Notes under the pieces: model-generated
What the model saw: only the letters and a program-made list of their open reading frames with translations
Database searches by the model: none
What the model was told of the DNA's origin: nothing
Shown here: positions 41,601 through 49,845 of the stretch, in pieces
How the letters are laid out: every line of letters begins with the position of its first letter
How positions within the stretch are numbered: position 1 is the first letter of the stretch
Program-made: the position numbers and the translations under genes
Assembly (NCBI GenBank): GCA_902727935.1
Contig: CACVAX010000050.1
Span: forward strand, 3,475-67,474
Direction of reading: 5' to 3'
Length of the DNA stretch: 64,000 bases
DNA from: an uncultured Sulfurovum sp.
Lineage (GTDB): Bacteria; Campylobacterota; Campylobacteria; Campylobacterales; Sulfurovaceae

Positions 41601-43103
41601 ATTGAGTCTAATATCCGTAGGAACATTATTAATACCACTATGTGTTAAGTTAAAGCCAAACTCTATTTTTCCACCATTAGTAACATTAGCATTATATCCC
41701 TCATTTAACACACTTACATACTTATCCATTTGGGTTTCAACTCCATTCCATAAGTTGCCATTAATTTTTTGTCCTGATGGAAATGAGAAGCTCACTTCCC
41801 AAGAAGAAATATTCCCCAATTGATTAATCACAGAAACTGAGACTCCAGCACCTGTACTCCATTGATTGTCAATCTGATAATGAACTTGACAAAAACCTAA
41901 GCCTAGTGCTTTTTTGAGAACTACCAGCGTAAATTGTTTACTTTCACTAATATTTCCTTTGCTTATTGTTGCTGTTAAAGTAACTGTGACATCATTAGCC
42001 ATTTGATTCACCAAACCAACATCTGAGATAACATCAACTCTACTAGATACCCAGCTAATACTACTACCATGTGTCCCAACACCAGGAAGAGTTAACGCTG
42101 TTGTAACCTCATCTGCAACAAGATTATTTTGACGAATCAGATTAAATGTTAAAAGATTTTTATCATTATTCACATCAACAATATTAGGATCAATAACAGC
42201 TTCTTCTTTAGGAACAGTCAATGTAAAAATCTTTGTATCTCGTTCATTACCTTTGGTCAGAATAGCTGTAAATGTCACAACCCTATCATTAGTATTCGCT
42301 TCAGGTCGTGTCACTTCACCCAACGAAGAAATAGTAGACAAATGCGTTGAAATCCAAGATATATTACTATTATTCGCACCAATGTAAGGTAAATTTAAAT
42401 CACTGATTACTTTATTTTCTGTACTATTTAAGCCTTTAATCATGTCAAAAGTAAGTAAAGCTTTATCTTTAGCAATATCTTCTTTATCAGTATTAGGAGG
42501 TGTTATATCAATGGTGTTAGCACAATAGCCAAACTCTACTGTTCTATTGGCTTGAACAATTTCATTCCAAGAAACCCCTGTAGCCCTTAAAACTAAATCC
42601 TCTCCTTGCGTATAATTAGCATTCCATAAATCATAAATTTTTCCCTCAATAGGTGTTGAAATTTCCCACTTAATATCTTGGTTTTTATTATTACTAATGC
42701 TCAATGTTTCACAAAAACCACCACCCCACTCTGCTGTTTTCGTTTTATTTAAAACCAAGTCACTACTATCAGTAGAAAGGGTTGATTCAACTACTTTATC
42801 AGCACAATATCCAAAAGAGATACTTTGATTAGGTGTCAAGGTACGATTCCAACTTACACCAGATGCATTTACTTTTCGTGTATTAGTATCTTGTGTATAA
42901 TTGGCACTCCATAAATTATTGATAAGACCATCAGAAATAAACTCAATGTTCCATTGAACTGTTGACAAACCTCTATTCTCAACCTTAACAGTTTCACAAA
43001 ATCCTGTTTTCCAATCAGAGGTTTTAATCTGTTGCACACTAATATCTGATGCATAAGCATTAAAAAAAAGTGTCAAAAAGATTACTATGATTACTCTCCC
43101 CAT
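38655..43103 (-). CDS. 1482-aa multidomain protein: 3 CBM2-like, 2 Ig-like repeats, Fn3, diheme cytochrome c, cytochrome c, DUF1587/1595/1592/1588/1585 modules
   Basis: Sec signal; CBM2 motifs (DWKTGF..LWSA..WN..FGY, EWGGGF, NQWSTG..LWNG..FGF); CxxCH at aa 622, 715, 894 and 1348; RLLNRVEY.NS, SPKFLYR and DPIGFTWENYDGSGRYR motifs. Confidence 0.88.
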   Translation of the reverse strand: MGRVIIVIFLTLFFNAYASDISVQQIKTSDWKTGFCETVKVENRGLSTVQWNIEFISDGLINNLWSANYTQDTNTRKVNASGVSWNRTLTPNQSISFGYCADKVVESTLSTDSSDLVLNKTKTAEWGGGFCETLSISNNKNQDIKWEISTPIEGKIYDLWNANYTQGEDLVLRATGVSWNEIVQANRTVEFGYCANTIDITPPNTDKEDIAKDKALLTFDMIKGLNSTENKVISDLNLPYIGANNSNISWISTHLSTISSLGEVTRPEANTNDRVVTFTAILTKGNERDTKIFTLTVPKEEAVIDPNIVDVNNDKNLLTFNLIRQNNLVADEVTTALTLPGVGTHGSSISWVSSRVDVISDVGLVNQMANDVTVTLTATISKGNISESKQFTLVVLKKALGLGFCQVHYQIDNQWSTGAGVSVSVINQLGNISSWEVSFSFPSGQKINGNLWNGVETQMDKYVSVLNEGYNANVTNGGKIEFGFNLTHSGINNVPTDIRLNGKLCDGQTGGIEKPAKPTNLEANLINNSKVNLAWDDNSDNEDNFLIYKSKDEGAWVLVALLEANSTSYDGIEVEAEHSYEFKVEVKNIAGSSTSEVVLVTPIIITVQSGVDNKAISLVANCLSCHTPSNSDASIPIIHGLGRDYLEKTLKGYRTTDQESTHYSFAMHRIMDGYSDEEVDMMIDYFSAQSWIGNDVVSYDVASIEEGERLFKSSCTACHGVDGKKDDIMLSRQSEQYLIDTMTNYAKGLHKDAHDGMKAIFEETIGEDDSKIEALAKYLAVGLEVPTGDNDTIRGFDANYLSGTNTIEVLWEYINPEAIRVEIMVNGQIVKTLTDATEYSAVLLNDGAASFVIGNNYAISMKVITANKETSSVILNVEVKTDEAYGQEHYNTNCKVCHGVNGTARANLTEWNSTEHNFTAFTQNSTMDTSYYANCDSECLELIGIYVENVLIPRAKDNNDSSVALDVNSDITRGYRLLNRVEYTNSLYTLFEIEHDETRLETLALHYTDLPKDNIVEGYNTDRDLNRVDEDKIKAFTAMATKVETYLEELKGQNSTACLINGYDFCTANKEDFLATFATKIFRRPLSLAEQNKYLALASVGQMVGDMLVSPKFLYRSEMGVESDTTGVYDLTQYEIATAISYAMAGTTPDDELLSLAKEGALSHPNTRVTQAVRLSQLQTGKDKLDDFIGRWLLEDNVYSLSDKNPELFNGYSHEVRTAQSEQILKQFRMVMESNSKSAYKDLFINDYVMTKKVLSDYYAEGMSNAEVFEAVPATSKRYGLLTLGALASKYANSEESHPFKRGKFVLARLMCHPLGLPGNGGDVPAVKDHAGENKRDRYAEHVNDPSCATCHNLMDPIGFTWENYDGSGRYRTSEYHSEADGGPKVIDASVTLKGLLTYDESETYPAEGMRDVSELIANSDRGPECMALQYYRYTSGDSHAEIENSLVVKKIVSDFKDEQYDLQSLFTNMVKLNSFVTRKAQ

Positions 43104-43149
43104 AATATTTAACCTTTCTAAGTTATTTTTAAGATTTTAACAAATTCTA

Positions 43150-43193
43150 TAACTTAAGTTAAATTATAACTTGAAAGTATTAAGAAAGTATTA
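43150..43193 (-). promoter_or_regulatory. Promoter of the cytochrome/CBM operon with a tandem direct repeat
   Basis: TAATACTTTC twice at an 11-bp period (43193-43173), TATAAT at 43168-43163, palindrome TAACTTAAGTTA at 43150-43161. Confidence 0.6.
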
Positions 43194-43199
43194 GCTTCT

Positions 43200-43940
43200 C
43201 TATTTATATTTTATAATATCCCTAGGTTCTTTGGCTTCAAAAGCATATCCTAAAAGAGAAATGGCTTTGGCATGCAGTAAAATTCTTTTTGAACGTGTCA
43301 CGGACCCATAACGCTCATCCCCTACAATTGGATGCCCAATAGATGAAAGATGCACTCTAATTTGGTGGGTTCGTCCCGTCATAATCTCTATCTCAACTTT
43401 AGATTTTTTACCTTGAATTTCTAAAGGCTTCACAATGGTAATGGCTGGTCGTCCACGCTCTTCATTAATCTCTGAAAAAGCTTTTCCACCTTGTTTATGC
43501 GTAGCAATCGGAGCATCTATTTTAATCTCTTCACAAAAGACCCCTTCTATCCATGCTACATAACGTTTCTTTACTTTTCGTTGCTTAAAAGCTGCAATAG
43601 CATCTTGTAAAAAATCTTGATTTCTAGCTAAAAGCAGTACCCCAGAAGTGTCACGATCAAGACGGTGAATCAGTTCCGTTTCATCTTCTTCAATAGCCTC
43701 TGCTAACTCATAGGTATCTAAAAGTGCTGGTTTATTAATCGCAAGTACATTATCATCCTGATAAATAATTTTGACATTATCTAGGGTCTCAACACGAAAA
43801 AAAGTATCATTTGGCATCGGTGCTCTGGCTACCTTAATCTTTTTATCAAGGTAATAAACCAAACCACGGTCTATCAAATCTTTTGCTTTTTTGTTTGATA
43901 TACCCTCTTGTACTGCTAATATTTTATACGCTTTTTCCAC
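43200..43940 (-). CDS. RluA-family pseudouridine synthase
   Basis: HRLDRDTSG and TGRTHQIRVH motifs. Confidence 0.93.
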   Translation of the reverse strand: MEKAYKILAVQEGISNKKAKDLIDRGLVYYLDKKIKVARAPMPNDTFFRVETLDNVKIIYQDDNVLAINKPALLDTYELAEAIEEDETELIHRLDRDTSGVLLLARNQDFLQDAIAAFKQRKVKKRYVAWIEGVFCEEIKIDAPIATHKQGGKAFSEINEERGRPAITIVKPLEIQGKKSKVEIEIMTGRTHQIRVHLSSIGHPIVGDERYGSVTRSKRILLHAKAISLLGYAFEAKEPRDIIKYK

Positions 43941-43941
43941 T

Positions 43942-45138
43942 TTATAACTCTTTCTTAATAGATTCTAATATGGGACTAATGTCCGTTCTTTGTATAATTT
44001 TTGTAGGTATCAACTCTGCATACTGTTGTAGACGTTTTACTAGAGTTGATTCCGTTACAATGGAAATACCCTCAATCATTGAAAATATATCTCTTTGATT
44101 AAAATAATGTTCACCAGAAATTATTTTGCAACCAAACTGTGCAGCTTCTGCTGCATTATGTCCACCCACTTTAGCAAAAGCACCTCCTAAAATGACAATG
44201 TCTGAAATAGCATAAATATTCACCAGCTCTCCCAAGACATCCACCAAAACAATATCCGAATTTAAAGCTTCACTTTTCGAGTATTTATGCCAAGTATAAT
44301 GCTCTTTAATTGCAAACTTTTCAACCATTTTAGCTACTTCTTCAAAACGTTCAGGATGTCTAGGTACAACAATCAATCGTGCTAAAGGCTCATCTTCTTT
44401 GAGTTTCATAAAAGCATCTAATATCAATGCTTCTTCTCCAGCATGTGTACTAGCAGCACAAAGCAATAAATTTTTAGGCTTAGTCAATTCTTTGGTAGAT
44501 TTAGGTATGTCGGCTAATTTAATATTTCCAATAACCTTGATATTTTTAGCACCCAATAAAACTAAACGTTCTTTATCTACAGTGCTTTGAGCATAAACTT
44601 CATCAATATGTCTAAAAATTATTTTATAAAACCACGCAATTCTCTTATATTTAGGAAAAGAACGATCACTCATACGCGCATTAATCAGTATGGTTTTAGC
44701 TCCCCTATTTTTTGCCAAAGCAAATAATAGATACCAAAACTCAGCTTCCATCACTAATAAAACTTTTTGAGGTTCTAACCATCTAAAAAGTAAAGGCTCA
44801 AATGGCAAATAACGACTCTGTTCTTTTTGCTTCAAAGCAATGGCTTCATAACCTGTTTGCGTTGTTGTCGTTAGACGTAACATCTCATTTGGTAATGCAT
44901 CTAAAAGAGGATAAATAGCCCTTGCTTCTCCAAAACTACAAACATGAAACCAAATACCATTTTTTTTTAGAGCTTTGTTATTTTTTAAAAAAAATCGTGC
45001 TGGAATCGAAACTGTATATTTAGATTTTTGTTTTGAAAAAAAGTAAAGAAAAGGAAGTGCTAAAAGATATATAAAAGCAAAAAGAACTGTGTAGAGTAGG
45101 AAAAAAAGTTTATCCAACAACATATAAAGTTCTTTCAT
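43942..45138 (-). CDS. waaA: Kdo transferase
   Basis: WFHVCSFGE, NARMSDRS, VPRHPERF and GGHN motifs. Confidence 0.93.
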   Translation of the reverse strand: MKELYMLLDKLFFLLYTVLFAFIYLLALPFLYFFSKQKSKYTVSIPARFFLKNNKALKKNGIWFHVCSFGEARAIYPLLDALPNEMLRLTTTTQTGYEAIALKQKEQSRYLPFEPLLFRWLEPQKVLLVMEAEFWYLLFALAKNRGAKTILINARMSDRSFPKYKRIAWFYKIIFRHIDEVYAQSTVDKERLVLLGAKNIKVIGNIKLADIPKSTKELTKPKNLLLCAASTHAGEEALILDAFMKLKEDEPLARLIVVPRHPERFEEVAKMVEKFAIKEHYTWHKYSKSEALNSDIVLVDVLGELVNIYAISDIVILGGAFAKVGGHNAAEAAQFGCKIISGEHYFNQRDIFSMIEGISIVTESTLVKRLQQYAELIPTKIIQRTDISPILESIKKEL

Positions 45139-45165
45139 AAAGTGTTAAAGCAACAAAAAAAGCAA

Positions 45166-45885
45166 TTATGCTTCTTCTGTCTGAACTTCTAAATGCATAA
45201 TACGTCCACAATGAGGACAAGTAAGAAGCTCTTCAGATTTAATCAATGTTGCATACGTATTATCATTTAGTTTCATATAACAACCATAACAAGCTTGTTT
45301 TTTAACAGGAACAACAGCCGTATTTTTAGCCCAAATACGAATTTTTTCATAAAATGAAAGAATCTTCATATCAATTTCCATGGTCTTTGTGTTACGCTCT
45401 TCAAAAAGTTTCCCTTTATCAGAATCTATTGATGCCATTTTTTGACCAACTTCTGTAGATACTTTTTCATACTCTGCATTGGCTGCTTCTAACTCTACAT
45501 TAGCTGCTTCAATTTCAGTAGTTTTTGAAGCAACAATGGTTTCTTGTCTTTCAATCTCTGAATTGGCATGACCCAGTTTTTCTTTAGCAAGTTCAGCTTC
45601 CATTGAAAGTGCTTTCATCTCTTTTTCAGTTTTAACTTCTTTTTCTTTAGCAACACCCAACGTCATTTGTTCATTCAAAGATTGAATTTGTGCCTCATAA
45701 GAAGCAACTGTTTCTTTTGCTTTTTCAATGGTTGCATTGACTTCGGCTATCCTTTCAACAATATCATCTCTTTTTGTTGCTCTTCTTGCCAGTTTCTTTT
45801 GTGCTGTTTCAATAAGTGGCGTAAAGTCATCAATTGCCTTGTCTAACTTTGAAAGTTCAATTAACTCTTCTAAATGTTTGTTCAA
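45166..45885 (-). CDS. Coiled-coil C4 zinc-ribbon protein (HP0958/CT398-like)
   Basis: Long coiled coil plus CYGC...CPHC. Confidence 0.88.
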   Translation of the reverse strand: MNKHLEELIELSKLDKAIDDFTPLIETAQKKLARRATKRDDIVERIAEVNATIEKAKETVASYEAQIQSLNEQMTLGVAKEKEVKTEKEMKALSMEAELAKEKLGHANSEIERQETIVASKTTEIEAANVELEAANAEYEKVSTEVGQKMASIDSDKGKLFEERNTKTMEIDMKILSFYEKIRIWAKNTAVVPVKKQACYGCYMKLNDNTYATLIKSEELLTCPHCGRIMHLEVQTEEA

Positions 45886-45942
45886 TCTCTATCCTTTGGG
45901 GTTTAAAGCGTCTTTATGTAGACCCTATCTGTTCATTATAGT

Positions 45943-46665
45943 CTATGATATTACAAATGGGTTTTGTGATTGCGAAATTATACCTAAAATTCCTAAATTT
46001 TCTAATTCTGATTTTAAGACATCCACAAAAAACTGTTCACTTTCATAATGCCCAATATCAACCATCATTAAATTCTGGCTCATAGCTTTCATTGCATCAT
46101 GGTATTTTATGTCACCTGTTAAAAAACAATCGGCATCTACCTCATCCATAAGAGAAGCTCCTGCTCCAGTTGTTAATGCTATAGAAGTAATTCTATTTTT
46201 AGGGGACACCACTTTTAACACTTCTACCCCTAATTTATTTTTCAATAAACTAAGAAGTTCATTTTTACTCCAATCACCAGTAACTTTACAGATAAAATCA
46301 TTTTGAAACTCTTTTGTAAAACCAAGCACCTTTTCAAATACATAAGCATTTAAATGTGTTTTATCAAAGTTAGTATGCATCGCAATAAGTGAAAGATTTT
46401 TTTTCACCATAATCTCCAAAAGATTGGTAGGGTAAACAGAAAAGTCAAGCTCTTTAAGTCCAGAAAAAATTAGAGGATGATGCACTAAAAAAAGCGTATT
46501 TTCTTTAGCAGATTCTAGTGTCTCTTTGTCTAAGTCAAGCCCTAAAGCAATATGCTCAATTTCACGCTCCATATCACCTACAAGAAGACCTGAATTATCC
46601 CAACGTTCTTGTAAGTTAAAAGGGCTTAATTCATCTAGCTTTTCATATATTTCTTTAATTCTCAT
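45943..46665 (-). CDS. Nif3-like dinuclear metal centre protein
   Basis: WDNSGL, HHPL, HTNFD and GHYESE motifs. Confidence 0.92.
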   Translation of the reverse strand: MRIKEIYEKLDELSPFNLQERWDNSGLLVGDMEREIEHIALGLDLDKETLESAKENTLFLVHHPLIFSGLKELDFSVYPTNLLEIMVKKNLSLIAMHTNFDKTHLNAYVFEKVLGFTKEFQNDFICKVTGDWSKNELLSLLKNKLGVEVLKVVSPKNRITSIALTTGAGASLMDEVDADCFLTGDIKYHDAMKAMSQNLMMVDIGHYESEQFFVDVLKSELENLGILGIISQSQNPFVIS

Positions 46666-47559
46666 TTAAGATAAGACTCTTTTATTGCGTTCTTCTTCTT
46701 GCTCTTTATACAATTTTGCACAACCAATAGAAAGTTCACGAACTTTCAAAATGTAGTTCTGACGTTGTGCTTGAGAAATAGCTTTTCGTGCATCTAACAC
46801 ATTAAAAGCATGAGAAGCAAGCATACACTGATCATAGGCAGGAAGAGGAAGACCATTGTCCAAACATAATTTACACTCAGCAGAAGCATCATCAAAGTCT
46901 TTTAAAAGCTTCTCAACATTGGCTACTTCAAAATGATACTTAGAGAATTCATACTCACTCTCTTTATGTACATCTGCATAGGTTGTGACAGTGTCACTTT
47001 GCTTATTCCATACAATATCAAATACCGACTCAACACCTTGTAGATACATTGCTAAACGCTCCGTACCGTAAGTAATTTCAACAGCAACAGGATCACAAGC
47101 AATTCCACCTACTTGTTGAAAATAAGTAAACTGTGTAACTTCCATTCCATCAAGCCAAACTTCCCAACCAAGACCCCAAGCACCAAGCGTTGGTGACTCC
47201 CAATTGTCTTCTACAAAACGAATATCATGCTCTTGTAAGTTAAGACCTAAATACTCTAAAGATTTTAAATAAAGCTCTTGAATATTATCTGGGCTTGGTT
47301 TAATAAGTGCCTGAAACTGATAATAAGCACCCAGTCTGTTTGGGTTTTCACCATAACGACCATCCGTAGGTCTTCTACTTGGAGCAACGTAAGCTGCTGA
47401 CCAAGGTTTAGAGTCTAAACTTCTAAGTAAAGTCGCTGGATGAAATGTCCCTGCTCCAGCTGGTATGTCATAAGGCTGAACAATATTACATCCTTGCTCT
47501 GCCCAAAATTGTTGTAGTTTTAGTAATATCTCACTAAAGGTTAATGACTGTTTGTTCAC
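46666..47559 (-). CDS. glyQ: Glycine-tRNA ligase alpha subunit
   Basis: [21 protein letters not shown] and EITYGTERL motifs. Start probably the GTG at 47559 after AAAGGA. Confidence 0.97.
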   Translation of the reverse strand: MNKQSLTFSEILLKLQQFWAEQGCNIVQPYDIPAGAGTFHPATLLRSLDSKPWSAAYVAPSRRPTDGRYGENPNRLGAYYQFQALIKPSPDNIQELYLKSLEYLGLNLQEHDIRFVEDNWESPTLGAWGLGWEVWLDGMEVTQFTYFQQVGGIACDPVAVEITYGTERLAMYLQGVESVFDIVWNKQSDTVTTYADVHKESEYEFSKYHFEVANVEKLLKDFDDASAECKLCLDNGLPLPAYDQCMLASHAFNVLDARKAISQAQRQNYILKVRELSIGCAKLYKEQEEERNKRVLS

Positions 47560-48083
47560 GCACATCCTTTTATTTTTAAGAATTTTTCTAATTGATTACA
47601 CTCTAAAATAGTGTTTTCTTCTTCATCGTTATATCGAGAAAAAAGAATACTAGCAATTTTATCTATTTCTGTACCACTTTCACAATATAAAATAACGTTT
47701 AGACTATTCTTTTTTTTCTCTTCTTTTTCTAAGTAATCTAAAGTTACTTCTACTTTTTTAGGTATTTCAGAAAGTAAATCCTCTGAACTATTTTTTAAAA
47801 TTTTACGCTTTTCTTTTATGTCTAAAGAAGCTAGAAAATCCAAAAAATCACTATTTAACTCTCCATCTTTAATAAAATGACCAAACTTACGCTTACCTTC
47901 ACAAGATTTTCTAAAAAAGTTTAATAAAAAACTTTTTTCTTCAATCAAAAAATACTTATCATCACACTCTAAAATATTATCAACAGTAGGTTCATTGTCT
48001 GTAAACTTATCTCCATCGACAAGAGGAAGAGAATTTAAATATTGACAACAACCCTCTTCAAGTTTAATTATAGATATTCCCAC
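47556..48083 (-). CDS. Hypothetical protein, putative PD-(D/E)xK nuclease
   Basis: TVD-x11-IEEKS motif; overlaps the upstream ATPase gene by 16 bp. Confidence 0.55.
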   Translation of the reverse strand: MGISIIKLEEGCCQYLNSLPLVDGDKFTDNEPTVDNILECDDKYFLIEEKSFLLNFFRKSCEGKRKFGHFIKDGELNSDFLDFLASLDIKEKRKILKNSSEDLLSEIPKKVEVTLDYLEKEEKKKNSLNVILYCESGTEIDKIASILFSRYNDEEENTILECNQLEKFLKIKGCA

Positions 48084-49162
48084 ATAATTTCCTCTAGTGG
48101 ATCTAAAAGTTCAGTTTGTATTTTTTTCCAATCTTTTTTATCTTTTAATATATGGTTGCTAACGACGCCATCTTTTTCTTGAAATAAATTAAATGAAACT
48201 CTCTCTGAAATTTTTCGTTTTTTTGAAATAGCATTCAAATAATCAGCCATATAAGGACTGTGTGTAGAAAAGACTATTTTAACTCCTGCATTCATTAGTT
48301 CAATAAACAATTCTACTATTCTTAATTGCCATTCAGGGTGCAAGTGAACTTCTGGCTCTTCCCAAAAAAGAATAGAACCTTTTTTTAATGCTTTATTTGT
48401 TACTAAATATTGAAGTAACCCTATACTTTTTGTTCCTGATGAAGCATTAAAAATGTTATAATCTTTATTATCATTCCGACGAAATACAAAAGAACCATTT
48501 CTGCTTTTGATATCCCCACCAATAATCTTATTAGCTTTTTTACTAAATCTTTTAATAAGTTCATCTTGTTCATCATCTGTAAAAGAATAGTCTTCATCTA
48601 GAATATTTATAAGAGATTCTATATGATAAGGTGTTTTTGACTCTCTTCTATCTAAATGTTTATGAAACTCAAGTATTAAAGGTGTTTCCACAAAAACAAC
48701 TTCATCTGTTATCTTTCTCCTTGACTCAGAAAACATTGAAGACATATTAAAGGTTTCCTTTGTATGTTTCATTAAAGCACCAGCAAAATCTACAGAAAAT
48801 TCACTTGATATTTGATGCAAATTTATAAATATAGAATTAAGTATATTTTTCATTCTTAATTCTATTTCATCAAGAAGTTCATTCTCTTCTTTCATTTTAA
48901 TTTTTTGAAAAAGTTCTTTACTAAGTTCCTCTATCTCAATCTGAGTACGATTCTTACTTTTTTCTAAAAAATCCTCTAATATCTCTAATTCTTCTTTCTT
49001 TATATTTAAAGTTAAAGAAAAAGTCTCTTCAATAGCATAAAAAAACTTCATAACATAACTCTTACCAGTGCCAGGCTTTCCAGCTAAAACAGTAATATCA
49101 TTAAATTCAACAGAAGTATCTTTTAACTTTGCAAAATTTTTGAAATGAGCTAATTCAGCCAT
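48068..49162 (-). CDS. ABC-type (AAA_15/AAA_21) ATPase, defence-associated type
   Basis: GKPGTGKS, ASSG signature, FWEEPEVHLHP and STHS motifs; no TM partner. Confidence 0.85.
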   Translation of the reverse strand: MAELAHFKNFAKLKDTSVEFNDITVLAGKPGTGKSYVMKFFYAIEETFSLTLNIKKEELEILEDFLEKSKNRTQIEIEELSKELFQKIKMKEENELLDEIELRMKNILNSIFINLHQISSEFSVDFAGALMKHTKETFNMSSMFSESRRKITDEVVFVETPLILEFHKHLDRRESKTPYHIESLINILDEDYSFTDDEQDELIKRFSKKANKIIGGDIKSRNGSFVFRRNDNKDYNIFNASSGTKSIGLLQYLVTNKALKKGSILFWEEPEVHLHPEWQLRIVELFIELMNAGVKIVFSTHSPYMADYLNAISKKRKISERVSFNLFQEKDGVVSNHILKDKKDWKKIQTELLDPLEEIMWEYL

Positions 49163-49193
49163 TACCTATCCTTAATATCCAATAAAATCGAAC

Positions 49194-49688
49194 CTACAAA
49201 AAAACTTCAACTGTAGAAGAGTCAAGTTCAACTTTTTTCGCTTTACTCACTCTATCTTCTTGAAGTTTTACTTTGAGTTCATCATCTTGAAGTGCCATAA
49301 TTTGAATGGCTAAATAAGCTGCATTGACAGCACCTGCTTTGCCAATAGCAACCGTTCCCACTGGCATACCAGAGGGCATCATTACTGTACTAAAAAGAGC
49401 ATCTTCCCCTTTGAGTGGTCCTTTTTCCATGGGTACACCCAAAATTGGTTTGGTCGTGGTCGCTGCAATAGCCCCTGCTAAATGGGCAGCCATACCTGAA
49501 GCTGCAATAAATACTTGTGCCCCCTTGGCTTCTGCTTCATTAATATAAGTGGCTGTTCTTTTAGGACTTCGATGTGCTGAAGAGATAATCAACTCATAAG
49601 GAACACCAAACTTTTCAAGTGTTTCAGCACATTCAGACATAATACTGTAGTCGCTCTTAGAACTCATCACAATTGATACAAATTTCAT
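49194..49688 (-). CDS. purE: N5-CAIR mutase
   Basis: SAHRSP, AAHL and MPSGMPVGTV motifs. Confidence 0.95.
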   Translation of the reverse strand: MKFVSIVMSSKSDYSIMSECAETLEKFGVPYELIISSAHRSPKRTATYINEAEAKGAQVFIAASGMAAHLAGAIAATTTKPILGVPMEKGPLKGEDALFSTVMMPSGMPVGTVAIGKAGAVNAAYLAIQIMALQDDELKVKLQEDRVSKAKKVELDSSTVEVFL

Positions 49689-49845
49689 GGGACTCCAAAC
49701 TTTAAATTATTAGGTGAATAATATCTACTTTATTCTTCAAATGAAATTAGGTAACTAGCCAAAAATCCACTCAAAAAACTTACCAATACCCTCAACTACA
49801 TTCAAAATAAAAGCAATAATTTTTTCGATTGTCTCCATAATAATA

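Noticed and set aside
43062-43069. A8 tract in the signal-peptide region of the giant gene as a phase-variation switch
   Set aside because: A/T runs of this length are common throughout this AT-rich window, and the frame is intact. Campylobacterota phase variation usually uses poly-G/C tracts, and I saw none.
38655-43103. Giant protein as a cellulase or LPMO
   Set aside because: No glycoside hydrolase domain or N-terminal His-brace was recognised; only binding, spacer and redox modules are supported.
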